Origin: Tubulanus polymorphus
Taxonomy: Eukaryota > Animalia > Nemertea
DNA: 64,000 nt
Reading direction: 5' to 3'
NCBI RefSeq assembly: GCF_964204645.1
Contig: NC_134032.1
Location: 8,482,275 to 8,546,274, forward strand
Each line of letters starts with the position of its first letter. Position 1 is the stretch's first letter. The notes beneath the pieces are model-generated. The model had not been told where the DNA came from. It searched no databases and saw only the letters and a program-made list of their open reading frames with translations. The position numbers were made by a program, and so were the translations under genes. Shown in pieces: positions 51,620 through 64,000 of the stretch.

Positions 51620-53335
51620 TCGCGAATTAAAAGTGAACCTGGTTCGAAATTTTGCCTGATTCATGTGAGTTAAAGGTGAGCCCATTTTTTTGCCTGATTC
51701 ATGTGAGTTAAAGGTGAGCCCATTTTTTTGCCTGATTGGTGTGAGTTAAAGGTGAACCCAGTTAGAAATTTTGCCTGATTCATGCGAGTTAAAGGTGAAC
51801 CCAGTAAGAAATTTTGCCTGATTCATGCGAGTTAAAGGTGAACCCAGTTAGTAATTTTGCCTGATTCACGCGATGTTTAAGATGAACCCAGTTTTTAGCC
51901 CACTTGGGACTTAAGTCCCAGCGGGCTATTGCGTTCACTTTTCGTCCGTCGTCCGTCCGTTCGTACGTCCGTCCGTCCGTCCGTCCGTAGACGGAATCCA
52001 GTTATTTTGGGAAGTTTTGAAGATGCTTCAAGGTAACGTCTTGATATTTGGGTTACACATGTATCTACCCTAGACACATCTTCAGCCCAAAAACTGGCCC
52101 TGTCAGAATCAAGATGGCCGACTGGCAGCCATTGTTGTTCGCCAAAATCAGCACTTTTTACACATTTTTGAAGTTTTTGAGGGAAATTTTGAAGACGCTT
52201 TGATCAATTACCTTGATCTTTCGGATATATGTGAATCCCCCAGGGCCCATCAACATAACAAAAATTGGGTCGGTCGGACTCAAGATGGCCGTCCTATGAC
52301 CTTTTTAGTGCCCAAAAATGTTAATTTTGGCCCGAATTCTGAGTCCTGTAGCTTCCTACTGGTTTGCCATTTCTCATTACAATTTGTGATGGGTGTTCTT
52401 TGGAAAGGGATATTTTATACCTGAGACAGGTATTTTTCATCAGCCAATTATGACGCAATTGGCGGCCATCTTGGTGTCACCAGTACTCATTCGTAAGTGG
52501 GAAAAAGTTTTTCCACATTATATTGATACCTAAGCGTATTTTGCTACCACAATCAATTAGAAAGTTGTAGCTCATAACGTGTTCTATGATTGTGGTGAGT
52601 TTCAAGGTAATTGGAATTCGTATATGGCCACCAGGGGGCGTTGAATAATACAATATCTTAGCATTTCTTTATTATATTCGTACCTATGAATATTTTGTAA
52701 CCACAATCAATTGGAAAGTTGTAGCTCATGACATCATATATGATTGTTGCGAGTTTTAAGGACATAAGTTTTTCTATATGGTCACCAGGGGGCGTTGAAT
52801 AGTAGAATAACTTAGTATTTCCTTATTATATTGGTACCTAGGCATATTTTGTTACCATGATCAATTGCAAAGTTGTGGTTCATGACATGTTCTATGATTG
52901 TGGTGAGTTTCGAGGTCATTGGGTTTTGAATATGGTCACCAGGGGGCGTTGAATAGTAGAATGACTTAGTATTTCCATATTAAATTGGTAACGAGGCATA
53001 TTTTGTTATCACAATCAATTACAAAATCGTAGCTGCTGACATGTTCTATGATTGTGGTGAGTTTTAAGGTCATTGGTTTTTGTAAATGGTCACCAGGGGG
53101 CTTTGAATATTGAAATTGTTAGATTGTTGAGCATTTGAAACCACTTCCCAAGTGGGCATGGTGTCCCTGGACCCCTAGTTTGTCTGATTCGTGCGAGTTA
53201 AAGGTGAACCCAGTAAGAAATTTTGCCTGATTCACGCGAGTTAAAGGTGAACCCGGTTCAAAATTTTCCCAGATTCACGCGATGTTAAAGGTGAACCCAG
53301 TTTTGAAATTCTGCTTGATTCATACGAGTTAAAAA
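51620..53335. repeat. ~40-46-bp minisatellite (GCCTGATTCATGCGAGTTAAAGGTGAACCCAG..) split by a HINE insertion
   Basis: About 6 units at 51620-51892 and about 4 units at 53181-53335. Confidence 0.85.
51893..53181 (+). mobile_element. Full-length HINE/DINE-type (Helentron-associated) non-autonomous element
   Basis: 5' subTIR GCCCACTTGGGA with adjacent hairpin; (GTCC)n at ~51944-51987; four 154-bp repeats; 3' subTIR TCCCAAGTGGGC (53146-53157); short hairpin and CTAGTTT end. Inserted in a T-run with no TSD. Confidence 0.85.
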
Positions 53336-56300
53336 ATGAACGCGGTCGCCACTCGAGGCGTCTGTCTCACTTCCTTCGTCGTACGGGCGTGTGTGTGTGT
53401 GTGTTCAAACATACGTAGAACCACTATTCAATACGGTTTAAATAGGAATTGTATTCGGCAGAAATTTTCTAGGTTTGCCTATAAAATATTCATAACCGGT
53501 CTGCTCGGTACTGTATGCTCTCCTAGTCTGATGATATATAAACCTGTCTGAAAATACTTATTCGGAAGAAAAAAAATCTACATGCTTTAACTATCAGTGA
53601 ATTCATTGAGCGCTTATGTTCTTCTCGGAGAAAAAACAAAGTCTTTTTTACTGAAATTTCAGAAGTCAGTTTGATTTTATGATGAGGCAAATACTGCTCC
53701 TGAAATTTAACATTTCGGCGTGAATGCTTTATTGATGTTGCAAAAGCCGTTACAATAATGTTTATATGCATTGATACCTAGAAGTATTTAAGGGGTTCTG
53801 CATTGGAGTCCATGTGCACTACCTCATCAATATTGGCGTTTCGAAAATAATAATTACGAATTTCGGCATTTATTTTGTTATTAAACATACTTCATGACTC
53901 TAAATTTCATTTGGATAAATTTTGATAATTAGTTTTTGAGGGGAATGTGTACTACATCATCAATATATCGGGGCTAGACTGGTTGCTAGTAAATTCAATT
54001 CAATAATCGATATATTCAAATCCAAATTAAATTTATTGATCCGAGATGGTTCATATATCGTGAATCGAGCCTCTTCCATCTCTGCTGCAGAGATAAGCCT
54101 GTTGATCATCCAGCATCATCCATGGCTGCAGCTGTACATATAGCCTGTCATCATGTCATCATCTCCCCGGCGAGAATTGATGCCTGACGGGGCGATTTAT
54201 AGCTTCTGCTCGCTAGTTATCGTCAGGGTCAAGGTCGCTGGGACATTCACCACTGTTTTTACGTAGTTTATGTATGTATAGCATCGAGAGTTTTGGCCGT
54301 CAGTTTTTACGGGCTGTGTGGCTGCGGTAATTACCAATGTTGTTGCTTGGCAACGTGTTAATTGTGCTTGATGTCGGTAGGGTTGACTTAAATATATATA
54401 TATTTACGCGGTTTCAACGCTTGGGTGTCGTATGTGAATTTCGAATGAACCGGGTCTTTTTAAAAAGAGAAAGCTAAGGCGAAAATTAATTGATAAACGT
54501 TTTGCCAAACATTAAGCGATAAGGATAAGCCTCCTAATCGGCCGGGTCACTTTTGTAAACTGCGATCAAATTTGTTTATCTGTTTATTTCTATAACTGCC
54601 AGGTCTGTTATTGTTAGCTTGATCATGATCTTTTGATTTATAAGAAGTAATGCACAGTGTAGAGTTGATTTTTGAGCTCAACAGAAATGATAAACGAGGC
54701 ATCAATTTTTAGCCTAGCTTTGGAATTTTTTTTGACGGTGTGATAGATAGGATATTTCTGAAAACCTAGAGAAAAAATCGGGGAAAAACTCACGGAGTTT
54801 GACAAATTTTGCAAAAAGAAAAACCCTGAAAACCACATGGAATTAAGATATGTGTTCATAAAAAATGAATGAATTCTAACATTTCGACCTAGATCGTTCT
54901 CTGATTCATGGAATTTTTTGTCTTATATAACATATGTAGAAATCAGGGAAAACTCAGGGAGTTTGTAAATCGGCGTAAAGTTGCCAGCAGCCACCCTGTG
55001 ATATAGCACGGGTATGATATGGTATTAATATTCGCTTTGCTACGGTTATTTTGAATTTGAATATACATGTAAATCGGCAATTCAATTGAATTAACTGGCA
55101 ATGCACCTAGCCCCTACATCGACGAAGCATAGGACATGTTCACTCAGGGAATATGCTAATTGCCATTGAAATTCATTATTAAAAACCGATGAAAATTCAT
55201 GGAATAGAAAATACGAGTCATGAATTTTATTTAATTACGAAATAATCGCTGATGTAACACAAAATTGATGACGAAACAGTGTACATCGACTAACACGGTA
55301 CCCCTTTGAATTATGACATTAACCCTTTTAGTGCGGCGTATAAATCGATGATGGACATTGCTAATACACCGCATCACGGTGTATTGATATAATCAATTAG
55401 TTTTCACAGTGAAATATTTGTAACTTACTATACACCGTACAGTGGTGTAGATGCACCAAAGGGTTACGTGCCAGTTAGCCAACGCATTGCGTTGGAATTT
55501 TAGAGAAAAAAAAAATTCAAATTATCTCCAGCACTTCGGTTATCGATTAGCGCTGTAAAGGGTTAAGTTATCTGTATATGAAGTACTGATTTATACTAAA
55601 AACAATCCTCAGATTCATCCTATCATTCTTTTATTATAGATGTGCTAATATTTGTCTTCATTATATTTTTCAGTGTGGATTATTTGTCAATTACGAGGGA
55701 TATAGAATCAAATAGGATTCAGTAATAAAAAGAGGTAAGACATAGATATTTGTTTGTTGTGATAGATTGATCCGGGGCCCATCCAGTGGCCAATTTTAAA
55801 GGACTTGTCACAGCATAAAAGGGCCGATGTCCGAAGAAGCAATGTTGTATGTGTACTCCACACTGAGGGGCATTCTTGAATTGAAATGTGCTAGTTGTCT
55901 TCGTTCAAAAAATGAAAAAGGGCACCCAAAAACATTAGAAGGACCTGTACAAGTCTCACAATTGCCCTGGATGCTGAAGTCTCCCGGCCTTGCACCTTAA
56001 GAACACACTCATGGCCCGAGTCCGGACCCAGTACCAACCATCACCACGGCCAGAGTTCGAAGTCTGAAAATGTTTTATTAAATAAGATTTCGATCTTGTG
56101 GGCTCAATAGCTCTATTCATCCTGCAGTTTGTTATAAACACAGGGGGCAGGGGGCTGAAAGCAGCTCAGCTAACCTGCCCGTTTCTGCGTTGTTGCTGAA
56201 ATTGCGGTTTGATACCAGTTGTGCACGCGTGTGTGTATGTGTGTGTAACCTGTTGACACACTTCACAATGAAAAAGTCAACCAAAACGCAATAAGAGTTG

Positions 56301-56436
56301 TGAAATAATGGTCGCTCGTTAGGTTGTTGTTTGTGACCTCACCCGTATATGTTCTGGGTTTAATGTCGGGTGCGTTTAACTTGTCACTGGTTAATCGATC
56401 ATCGCCTGAAATTGTACGTCTATGCGGAAAAAAGAC

Positions 56437-57633
56437 TCTCTCGGTATCGGTTTCTCTATGTAACTATGAATGTCGCCTCACTCTACCTCTCCCTCAACAT
56501 ATCCCCCCTCACTATCGCGCTCCCCTCACTCTCTCGGTATCGGTTTCTCTATGTAGCTGTATGTGAATGTCGCCTCACTCTACCTCTCCCTCCCCTCACC
56601 ATACCTCCCTCACTATTTCGTTCCCCTCACTCTCTCGGTATCAGTTTCTCTATGTAGCTGTATATGAATGTCGCCTCACTCTACCTCTCCCTCCCCTCAC
56701 TGTATCTCCCCTCACTCTCTCGGTATCGGTTTCCCTATGTAACTATATGAATGTCGCCTCACTCTACGTCTCCCTCCCCTCACCATATCCCCCCTCACTA
56801 TTTCGTTCCCCTCACTCTCTCGGTATCAGTTTCTCTATGTAGCTGTATATGAATGTCGCCTCACTCTACCTCTCCCTCCACTCACCATATCTCCCCCCGC
56901 TATTGCGTTCCCCTCACTCTCGGTATCGGTTTCTCTACGTAACTGTATATGAATGTCGCCTCACTCTACCTCTCCCTCCCCTCACTGTATCTCCCCTCAC
57001 TCTCTCGGTATCGGTTTCCCTATGTAACTATATGAATGTCGCCTCACTCTACGTCTCCCTCCCCTCACCATATCCCCCCTCACTATTGCGTTCCCATCAC
57101 TCTCTCGGTATCAGTTTCTCTATGTAGCTGTATGTGTCGCCTCACTCTACGTCTCTCCCCTCACCATATCCCCCTCACTATTGCGTTCCCCTCACTCTCT
57201 CGGTATCAGTTTCTCTATGTAGCTGTAGGCTATGTGAATGTCGCCTCACTCTTCCTCTCCCTCCCCTCACCATATCTCCCCTCACTATTGCATTCCCCTC
57301 ACTCTCTCGGTATCAGTTTCTCTATGTAGCTGTATGTGTCGCCTCACTCTACCTCTCCCTCCCCTCACCATATCTCCCCTCACTATTGCGTTCCCCTCAC
57401 TCTCTCGGTATCGGTTTCTCTATGTAGCTGTATATGAATGTCGCCTCACTCTACCTCTCCCTACCCTCACTCTGATGTTCCCCTTAATCTCTCCGAATCA
57501 GTTTCTCTATGTAGCTGTATATGAATATCGCCTCACTCTACCTCTCCCTCCCCTCACCGTATCTCCCCTCACTATTGCGTTCCCCGCACTTTCTCGGTAT
57601 CGGTTTCTCTATGTAGCTGTATATGAATGTCGC
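56437..57633. repeat. C-rich minisatellite, ~83-103-bp unit, ~12 copies
   Basis: Recurrent TGTCGCCTCACTCTACCTCTCCCTCCCCTCAC...CTCTCGGTATC(G/A)GTTTCTCTATGTA. Confidence 0.92.
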
Positions 57634-60439
57634 CCGTTGATCTGAATAATTAATGGTTTTACTGATTGTATATAAACCTGCTCGGAATACGAGAGATGAC
57701 CATTTTCTGTGCAGGTAAAATTCCCGCCGGGTTTTCACCTCAGATTTGATATAGACGTACGTATATATAAATATATGAGCTACATTTTCATCGGATCGGG
57801 TCCTGCTTTCTCTCAGATTAGTTGATATCAATGGCAATACCGGTCTTAAGCCAATTTTAGTCGAGTTCCACAGGCGAGACCTAGGATATGACCAGGCTTA
57901 GATCATTTGCAGTGTTTTCCATATGCTGATATTTTTCAAGGGGCTGCAATCATTGTTAAACGTATGACATCGTCGCTGCTGAAGAAGCAAGGCTTTCGAT
58001 CCCCCCCCCCCAAAATACAGAAAATTAGGCTTTCTTTTTGGGTAATGTTCCATTTCTGGTAGGGACAGTATGTATTTTATAAGGAGTGGCTGATTCTGGG
58101 GAAGGTGGATATAGATATGAAAGGGTCGACCGCCCTTCTTAAACCTGTTGTGGAGCCGCTGGCTTCAGTCTCGTTAAGGTAGAGTTAGGATAAATACATG
58201 GAGCAGATCCGCTGTTAAGACCTAACTTTAAGACCAGCCTAAGGTGATTTTTCTGAAGTCGTGTCGTAGAAATATATAAGCTTTGATCTGTAACTAGTAC
58301 AGCCAATCTTACAATTCAATTAGATCAATGCAGGTACGAAAATCTTCCGACCATAGACGGATTTCCGACCTTTTCTTTCATTTTCTTCATTCTTGAGATC
58401 AATGTAAATCGCCTCAATCGCGCGCGTCATGTCGGAGCGCTCCGTAGTTAGGAGTGCTCCTTAAGGCGGTTCTCGGCGGTAAAACCAATATGGCATCTCA
58501 TTCGACAAGCGGCTCTAATTCAGGCCCAAACTATTAACATTTTGACGTAAGGAACGTATTCCCCAAAAAATTCTTTAAAAACAAAAACATTTTCCGACTT
58601 TTTCAATACATGGGCTGTTTTCATCCCTGTCAATGTACATATAAGCTCAATCCTGTGATAAATCTGGATATTTTAAGATCAGTCATTGATAAAACAAGTC
58701 TTTTTGACTTGTCACATACGGGTTGGGAGTCCTGTAGACTTCTCTTTATGCGGCGTATAATAGTTTATGGTCACGGTTTGATGGTTGTAAAGGATATGAC
58801 CTCGGATAATTGTCCTGTTTAGATCCCTTGTATTTTCGGGACTAGACTTGTTTTTTTTTCTGGTTGACAACCATTTTGATTACGGCCATTGAAAGGCATT
58901 CTACCGTTTTGTGCGATTAGAGGCTTCATACACATTCAGCGAATTTTGAAATTTAGGAAAAATATATCCCTATCGTTTTGGCAAAATCGAATATTTGTAG
59001 AAAAATTGGCCTGGTTGGGAAATTTTTCGAAAGAAAATGGTCCCAAAGTAGAATTTCAGAATTGATTGTGACGAAGAAATGGCGAATTTTTATTATTATC
59101 GAAGGACTGAAATATGCGAAAATTGTTGAGAATTTTCTTGTTTTGAAATATGTATTAGTGGATTTATACGGCGTTTAGCGTGGGTAGAAACGTGACAAAC
59201 GTTTGGAAAAGGAAACTTGAAATGTCGAAAGAAATGAAAAGGAAAGTATTTTTTTTCGGAATAACTAAATTCTTAGTTTCTATGTTCGCATTGCCCTACT
59301 CCGACCGTTTTTGCTGACATTCTTCGTATTCGTCTTTGTTAAAATCGTGTTAGCCTTTTCTTCCAACTTGAAACGAATATCTGACGAAAATAGAAAACTT
59401 CTCCGAGTGGGCTGCTATGTATAGGCCCTATATGCACAGTATATAGCTCGAAATATGTTTAGTGGACGAGTAATGAATGGGCCAGGTATTTCTTAATCGA
59501 ATCAGGCTTTTTTTTCCGACGGTCGGGAGTGTATTGTATTTTCGTTCGAAAAGGAAAACCGGTTTTCCAATCCCGTGAATGGAATTGTTTTCGTTTTTGT
59601 TCTTATCAGGTGTCGACTGTATTGAATATAGGAAAAGCATATTTTAGAAAAAATGTAAGAGACCTCGGTGTGCGAGGGCAAGAGTAGGGGTAGGGGCGTC
59701 GTGTCAAAAACCTTTGCGCATCGACGACGAAGTAATTCCAGACAGATGGGCGTAGGGCGACACGAATGACCGAGCTGACCAATTTAGAGGTCATCATTTC
59801 CTGACCACCTGAACTATTGGACCAACGTTTCACCCGAAGACCTGCTACCCCTATACCCTAGCTGGCGATGCTTGGCGTTGGTAGCTGTTTTATATCGAGG
59901 CGGTATCACGTTTGCGTTCGGTTTCTATTATTTGATTATTCTCAAGGGGGCTACGCGCACACATTCTGCGATACAAGAGGTTCTATACGGGCACTTGGTG
60001 TATTCACTACTGGCGCTGCTATGGGAATGTATGGAATCTTTGTACAGGCTATACAGATTTAGACCGCGTGTACGTGGTATAGTGTACATGTAGGAAGTTT
60101 CTGTTTGGGCAATGTATGCTATCGAGGCTCGATTTATGCTATTGATAGAGAATATCTTCTTCTAAATTGTCGATGTATCGAAGTTAGGTATCCCGGTTTG
60201 CTTTCGTTTCGAGGTTCCAATCGCCAGAAAAAAACGCAGAAACTTACGATGATTCTATGATTGTGAAATCGCGAATTGTTTGGTATCCAGTCGGGATAGT
60301 TTCGACAAATACACAGTTCCGTCATATACCGCGATACTGTCAAAATCTTCATCATTATTCGTCTAACAGATCCTTGACATCAAACCGCTCTACCGCCACC
60401 CTTTTAAATGCCAACGCTGCTCTTTTAACGCCCACATTT

Positions 60440-60607
60440 GAATTTCGGCGCTACACTCGGCCCCGGGACGAAACCCTGCCACACACTAGACCGGTTGCGC
60501 AGAGTTGCTGCAAGAAAACTGCGCACCCTGTCTAATGTGGCAGGGGTTCGTGCCGTGGCTGACTTAGAGAGATGCCATCAGGTTTTAATCCCTACCGCGG
60601 GAGGATG
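60440..60607. mobile_element. Palindromic tRNA-arm element (copy 3, spacer largely deleted)
   Basis: ACGAAACCCTGCCACAC..TAGAC, then GTCTAATGTGGCAGGGGTTCGT...CAGGTTTTAATCCCTACCGCGGGAGGATG. Confidence 0.65.
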
Positions 60608-60650
60608 GAAAAAATACAGCGTGTTTCGAAAGCCTATTTTCGTGACTAGC

Positions 60651-60803
60651 GTTAGGAGACTGAGATATATTGTTATTAGGAATTTGGGGTAAAAAGCTGA
60701 AACTTGGTACTACTTGGGTCATTTGATTATCATATAAATTTACACACCAAATTTCAGCTTTTTACCCCAAATTCCTAATAACAATATATCTCAGTCTCTT
60801 AAC
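60651..60803. mobile_element. Fold-back MITE with near-perfect ~57-bp inverted repeat
   Basis: GAGACTGAGATATATTGTTATTAGGAATTTGGGGTAAAAAGCTGAAA and its exact reverse complement. Confidence 0.8.
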
Positions 60804-61340
60804 ACTTGGTCGGCCCTGTGGCAGAATCTGCTATCATTTGACTATCATTTAATTTTTGTTTCAACTCGGATTTCATCGGGAATTATTGCCGCCCTGCTCG
60901 GCGATATTCTACACCCACCCTGGTTGGGTTTTATCTATCGACCGATCGGGGAGTTCGAGTATATTTATATAGGTTTCATACTAGTAGTAAATACGCTCGG
61001 TTCCAGGAAATATCCGCGGACAGCTGTGAGCATAAAACACAATATGGCAGGTCTTAATAATATACTGCGCTACTCAAATCCTCGAATGTACATGTATATG
61101 CATGTATTTAAAAAATCTAGCTTACTACAAGCGGAAATGATTGGGGTTCAAGAGTTTGAAGGGTTTGATAATTTGAATGTGTACCCATCTGCGACCCAGA
61201 TGCTGCGGTTGATGAAGTAGATGAAATTGGTTCTGATCAATTCATAAAAGAGACCCCTAAAAATCTAGAATCTTCCAAATTACTGACATTGAAGTTAAAG
61301 AGATCCGTTTTGGAATTCTGAACGCTACAACGGCCAGAGA

Positions 61341-61537
61341 CTGATAGTAAAATCCCACGATAAATGAAGAAATGTCTACAAAGTTAACCAAAATATTAGA
61401 AATATTTCGGGTGGTTACTACCACCGTTCTCGGACCCTTTAATGGACCATTTTAGACTGATGAATAATGGTGAAATATTTCAAATATTTTTGATAAACTT
61501 TTTAGACATTCATTTATTGTGGAATTTTATTATCATC
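61341..61537. repeat. Degenerate long inverted repeat (old MITE)
   Basis: TGATAGTAAAATCCCACGATAAATG..GTCTACAAAGTT versus AACTTTTTAGAC..CATTTATTGTGGAATTTTATTATCA. Confidence 0.55.
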
Positions 61538-63562
61538 ATCTCATCACGGACATTGTGAGCTACAGCTGATTCAGCCAGAGACTAGTTCGCACGGTAATTG
61601 CGTAAATTTTACGGCCGTCTTAGTCCCATATTCTATGACATTTAAGACCACGTTTGGACTTAATTCGTGAGTGCGCAATTGAGACCAAGGGCTGGCTCCA
61701 TAGTAAATTCATACTTAGTCCAAAACTGGTCTCAAATCTGATGACTGCATTGCGATAAGAAAGAGACAGCGAACTTTCACCTAACTGGCCTTAAAACTAA
61801 GATTCGTTTTATATCATTAAGACTGAAGCAATTAGATTGGCTATAGAACTAAGATGGTCTTAAACTGGTCTTAAGTCTTAAGCCATGACTATGGAACCGG
61901 CCCATGGTCGAAGCCTTATTTTTGTTCGATAGATTTTTGTGTGATAGCCTTTTCAAAAAAAAGTATGTTAAAAGAATGGGCACTTTGAAGTTCCGATTTG
62001 GCGGAAGTCTTTTACTGAAGACCCCCTGGATTGGTGCCCCCTCCTACCACGGATGTGTAACTGGGTCCCTCGTAATCGGAATTCTGACCGCGTGTTCTCA
62101 ACAGGAAACAATCAGTCGAGACGAATAATGACTTCGGCTCACGATTCGTGGAGTCTAAATCAAACAAACCGGAAATTCGCAGTCATAACGCATTTCGTTG
62201 AATGATAACTGATCAAATATTCAACAGCCGCCAACACACACTTACAGCCGATACACGGGTTGTACGAGAACCCAGGGCCGGATCTAGCCTAGGGTTTCGA
62301 GTACTGCTCAGCTGTGAGGCAGGCGCGTTGGAAGCAATGTTTTATTGCCGCGGCCAAATGCCGATTTTGGACTGATTCTTAATATTGCTGCGACGAATTG
62401 ACTAAGTAAAAAAAAACGTCGTTCAGTAAATTATTGCCGCTGCGGTCGCTGCACTTCCAACGCCGCTGTGAGGCATCTGTATCGTTGAAAATTTTGAATT
62501 TTCAGGGCTTTGAGATGCAGTCCGAGTTAATTCGGGGTATCAAATCGTTCTGTGCATCCTCAAAATATGACATTTTGACCCGTTAAAGAAAAAGTCATTT
62601 ATAAAAAAAGAAAGTTTAAAACCCATTTTTCGATTATTCAAATTGACCATTTTGATAACCTGAACTTGAAAAATAGATCTGGGCACTTCTACAATATCGT
62701 GAGTACTGTTCAAGTGGTTAGAAGCAAGGAGCAGTAGTAGCGGTAGGCTAGTATCGCAATGTAGACTCGGTTTTACAGGCCTGGTTTTAATCCGACTCGT
62801 ATAAATAACCTAGCCTGATAACATTATCTAAACATGTAAAACCTGCCCGATGATGTACTGCGTGAAACCCGATTTCATTATTTTGTCATAAGAGATAAAC
62901 GCTGCGTTTATGTATATAGGTTTATTATCTAATTATAAAACGTATATGTGCGCACATTCCCTTAACCTGGTTATCAATGAAAATAACTGTCGGAGGCCTC
63001 ACAGGGGCGACCGACGTGGGCAGGGCTTCGTAAGCCGCGCGAGCCACATTCGTCCCGTGCCTAATTAACGAGTGCGCTCACATGTGAACCACTCAGTCAA
63101 AATCAAACAACGCTCAAGTGAAGTGATGTGAATGACTTCCGGAACCGGTTGCAATTCAAACGCAACAATTTGACACATGCTAAAATTTGGCTCGGGCCTG
63201 GTCCGACGTTATTGGTCGGGTCAAACAGGCACGGGCCCATTTGGCACCCGTGGGAACAGTTGTTCCGAGCCTAATTTGGCATGGGGCAAAAATGCTTAAG
63301 CCTGGCGCACACGAGGCAATTTTTAGTCGCCTGTTGCTGCGACCGATTTGCAAGCAACCGTTGAGCAATCGATCGCTTGGTGTCGCCGGTGTGCTACCAC
63401 TGGAGACGGACAAGCGATTATCTTTCCTGGCAAACATCTGTATCATGTGACTTGTCAACATGGCCACGCTACAGCCTCCACTGGTGCCGTATTCGGTTGA
63501 ATCACATGATAATTGTTCTCCCTCTCATTGGCTAGTTGATGAGTCGCTTGGTGTCTAACTAC

Positions 63563-63768
63563 CGCACACGGGCAACTCCCGAGCGATCGCCGAGCAATTT
63601 CTCGGTGACGAGCAATTTTTCGTCACCCAATATCAAACATGTTTGATATTGGGCGACACGGAGCAATTCCTGTCGCCCCTTGCCGCAGACGAGCGATTTT
63701 TTTGTTCGACGCCGAGCAATTCGGGCGGTTGCTCGAGAATTGCTCGAAAACTGTCGCCCGTGTGCGCC
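63563..63768. mobile_element. MITE with CGCACACGGGC TIR; related copy at ~63303-63395
   Basis: CGCACACGGGCAAC ... GTCGCCCGTGTGCG; internal GAGCAATT repeats. Confidence 0.55.
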
Positions 63769-64000
63769 GGGCTTTATGTCACTGTGGTCGTGGCTATACG
63801 TTATTTCAGTGTCTGGACCTCTGCGTCCCCCTACTTAGATTGCCTAATACCTGGACTGATGACTCGCTATGCCAGGCTCGGATCGGTTTCTGAAAATACC
63901 TCGCCAGACGCACCGCTATCTTCAGTCGCCAGGGTTTGAGTGTCTCGCGCTGAAGCTCTCGCCTTGTGTTGCTGTGAGCTTCAACACATCGCGATCAAAC

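Noticed and set aside
56324-57837. Multiple overlapping ORFs
   Set aside because: They are products of the C-rich minisatellite.
61455-61490. Hammerhead ribozyme (CTGATGA...GAAA); similar hits at ~53528 and ~61738
   Set aside because: Stems I-III cannot be formed.

Overview
Eukaryotic (animal) genomic DNA with GT-AG spliceosomal introns. It is inferred to be a non-vertebrate bilaterian, given the MITE/Helitron/HINE repeat landscape and CpG-rich exons. The left 44 kb holds seven genes: (1) the 3' part of an Emi1/Emi2 (FBXO5/FBXO43)-family APC/C inhibitor (+); (2) bystin (-, 9 exons); (3) a histamine N-methyltransferase-like gene (-); (4) a small heat-shock protein with an HSE promoter and a truncated second alpha-crystallin domain (+); (5) a MACIR/C5orf30 homologue (-); (6) TUBGCP5 (+, 21 exons), head-to-head with MACIR; (7) an intronless rhodopsin-type GPCR nested on the same strand in TUBGCP5 intron 9. 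No coding exon was recognised in the right 20 kb. The most notable non-coding structures are: a Helentron-type (HINE) element whose 154-bp internal repeats each carry a CTCF-consensus motif; an interspersed palindromic element built from two outward-facing tRNA-like (A/B-box) arms; a Helitron ending in a head-to-tail array of ~99-bp mini-Helitrons; and a dispersed ~40-60-bp repeat family carrying YY1-like and CRE-like motifs. Exon boundaries were read by hand, and protein identities come from recalled family motifs, not database searches.
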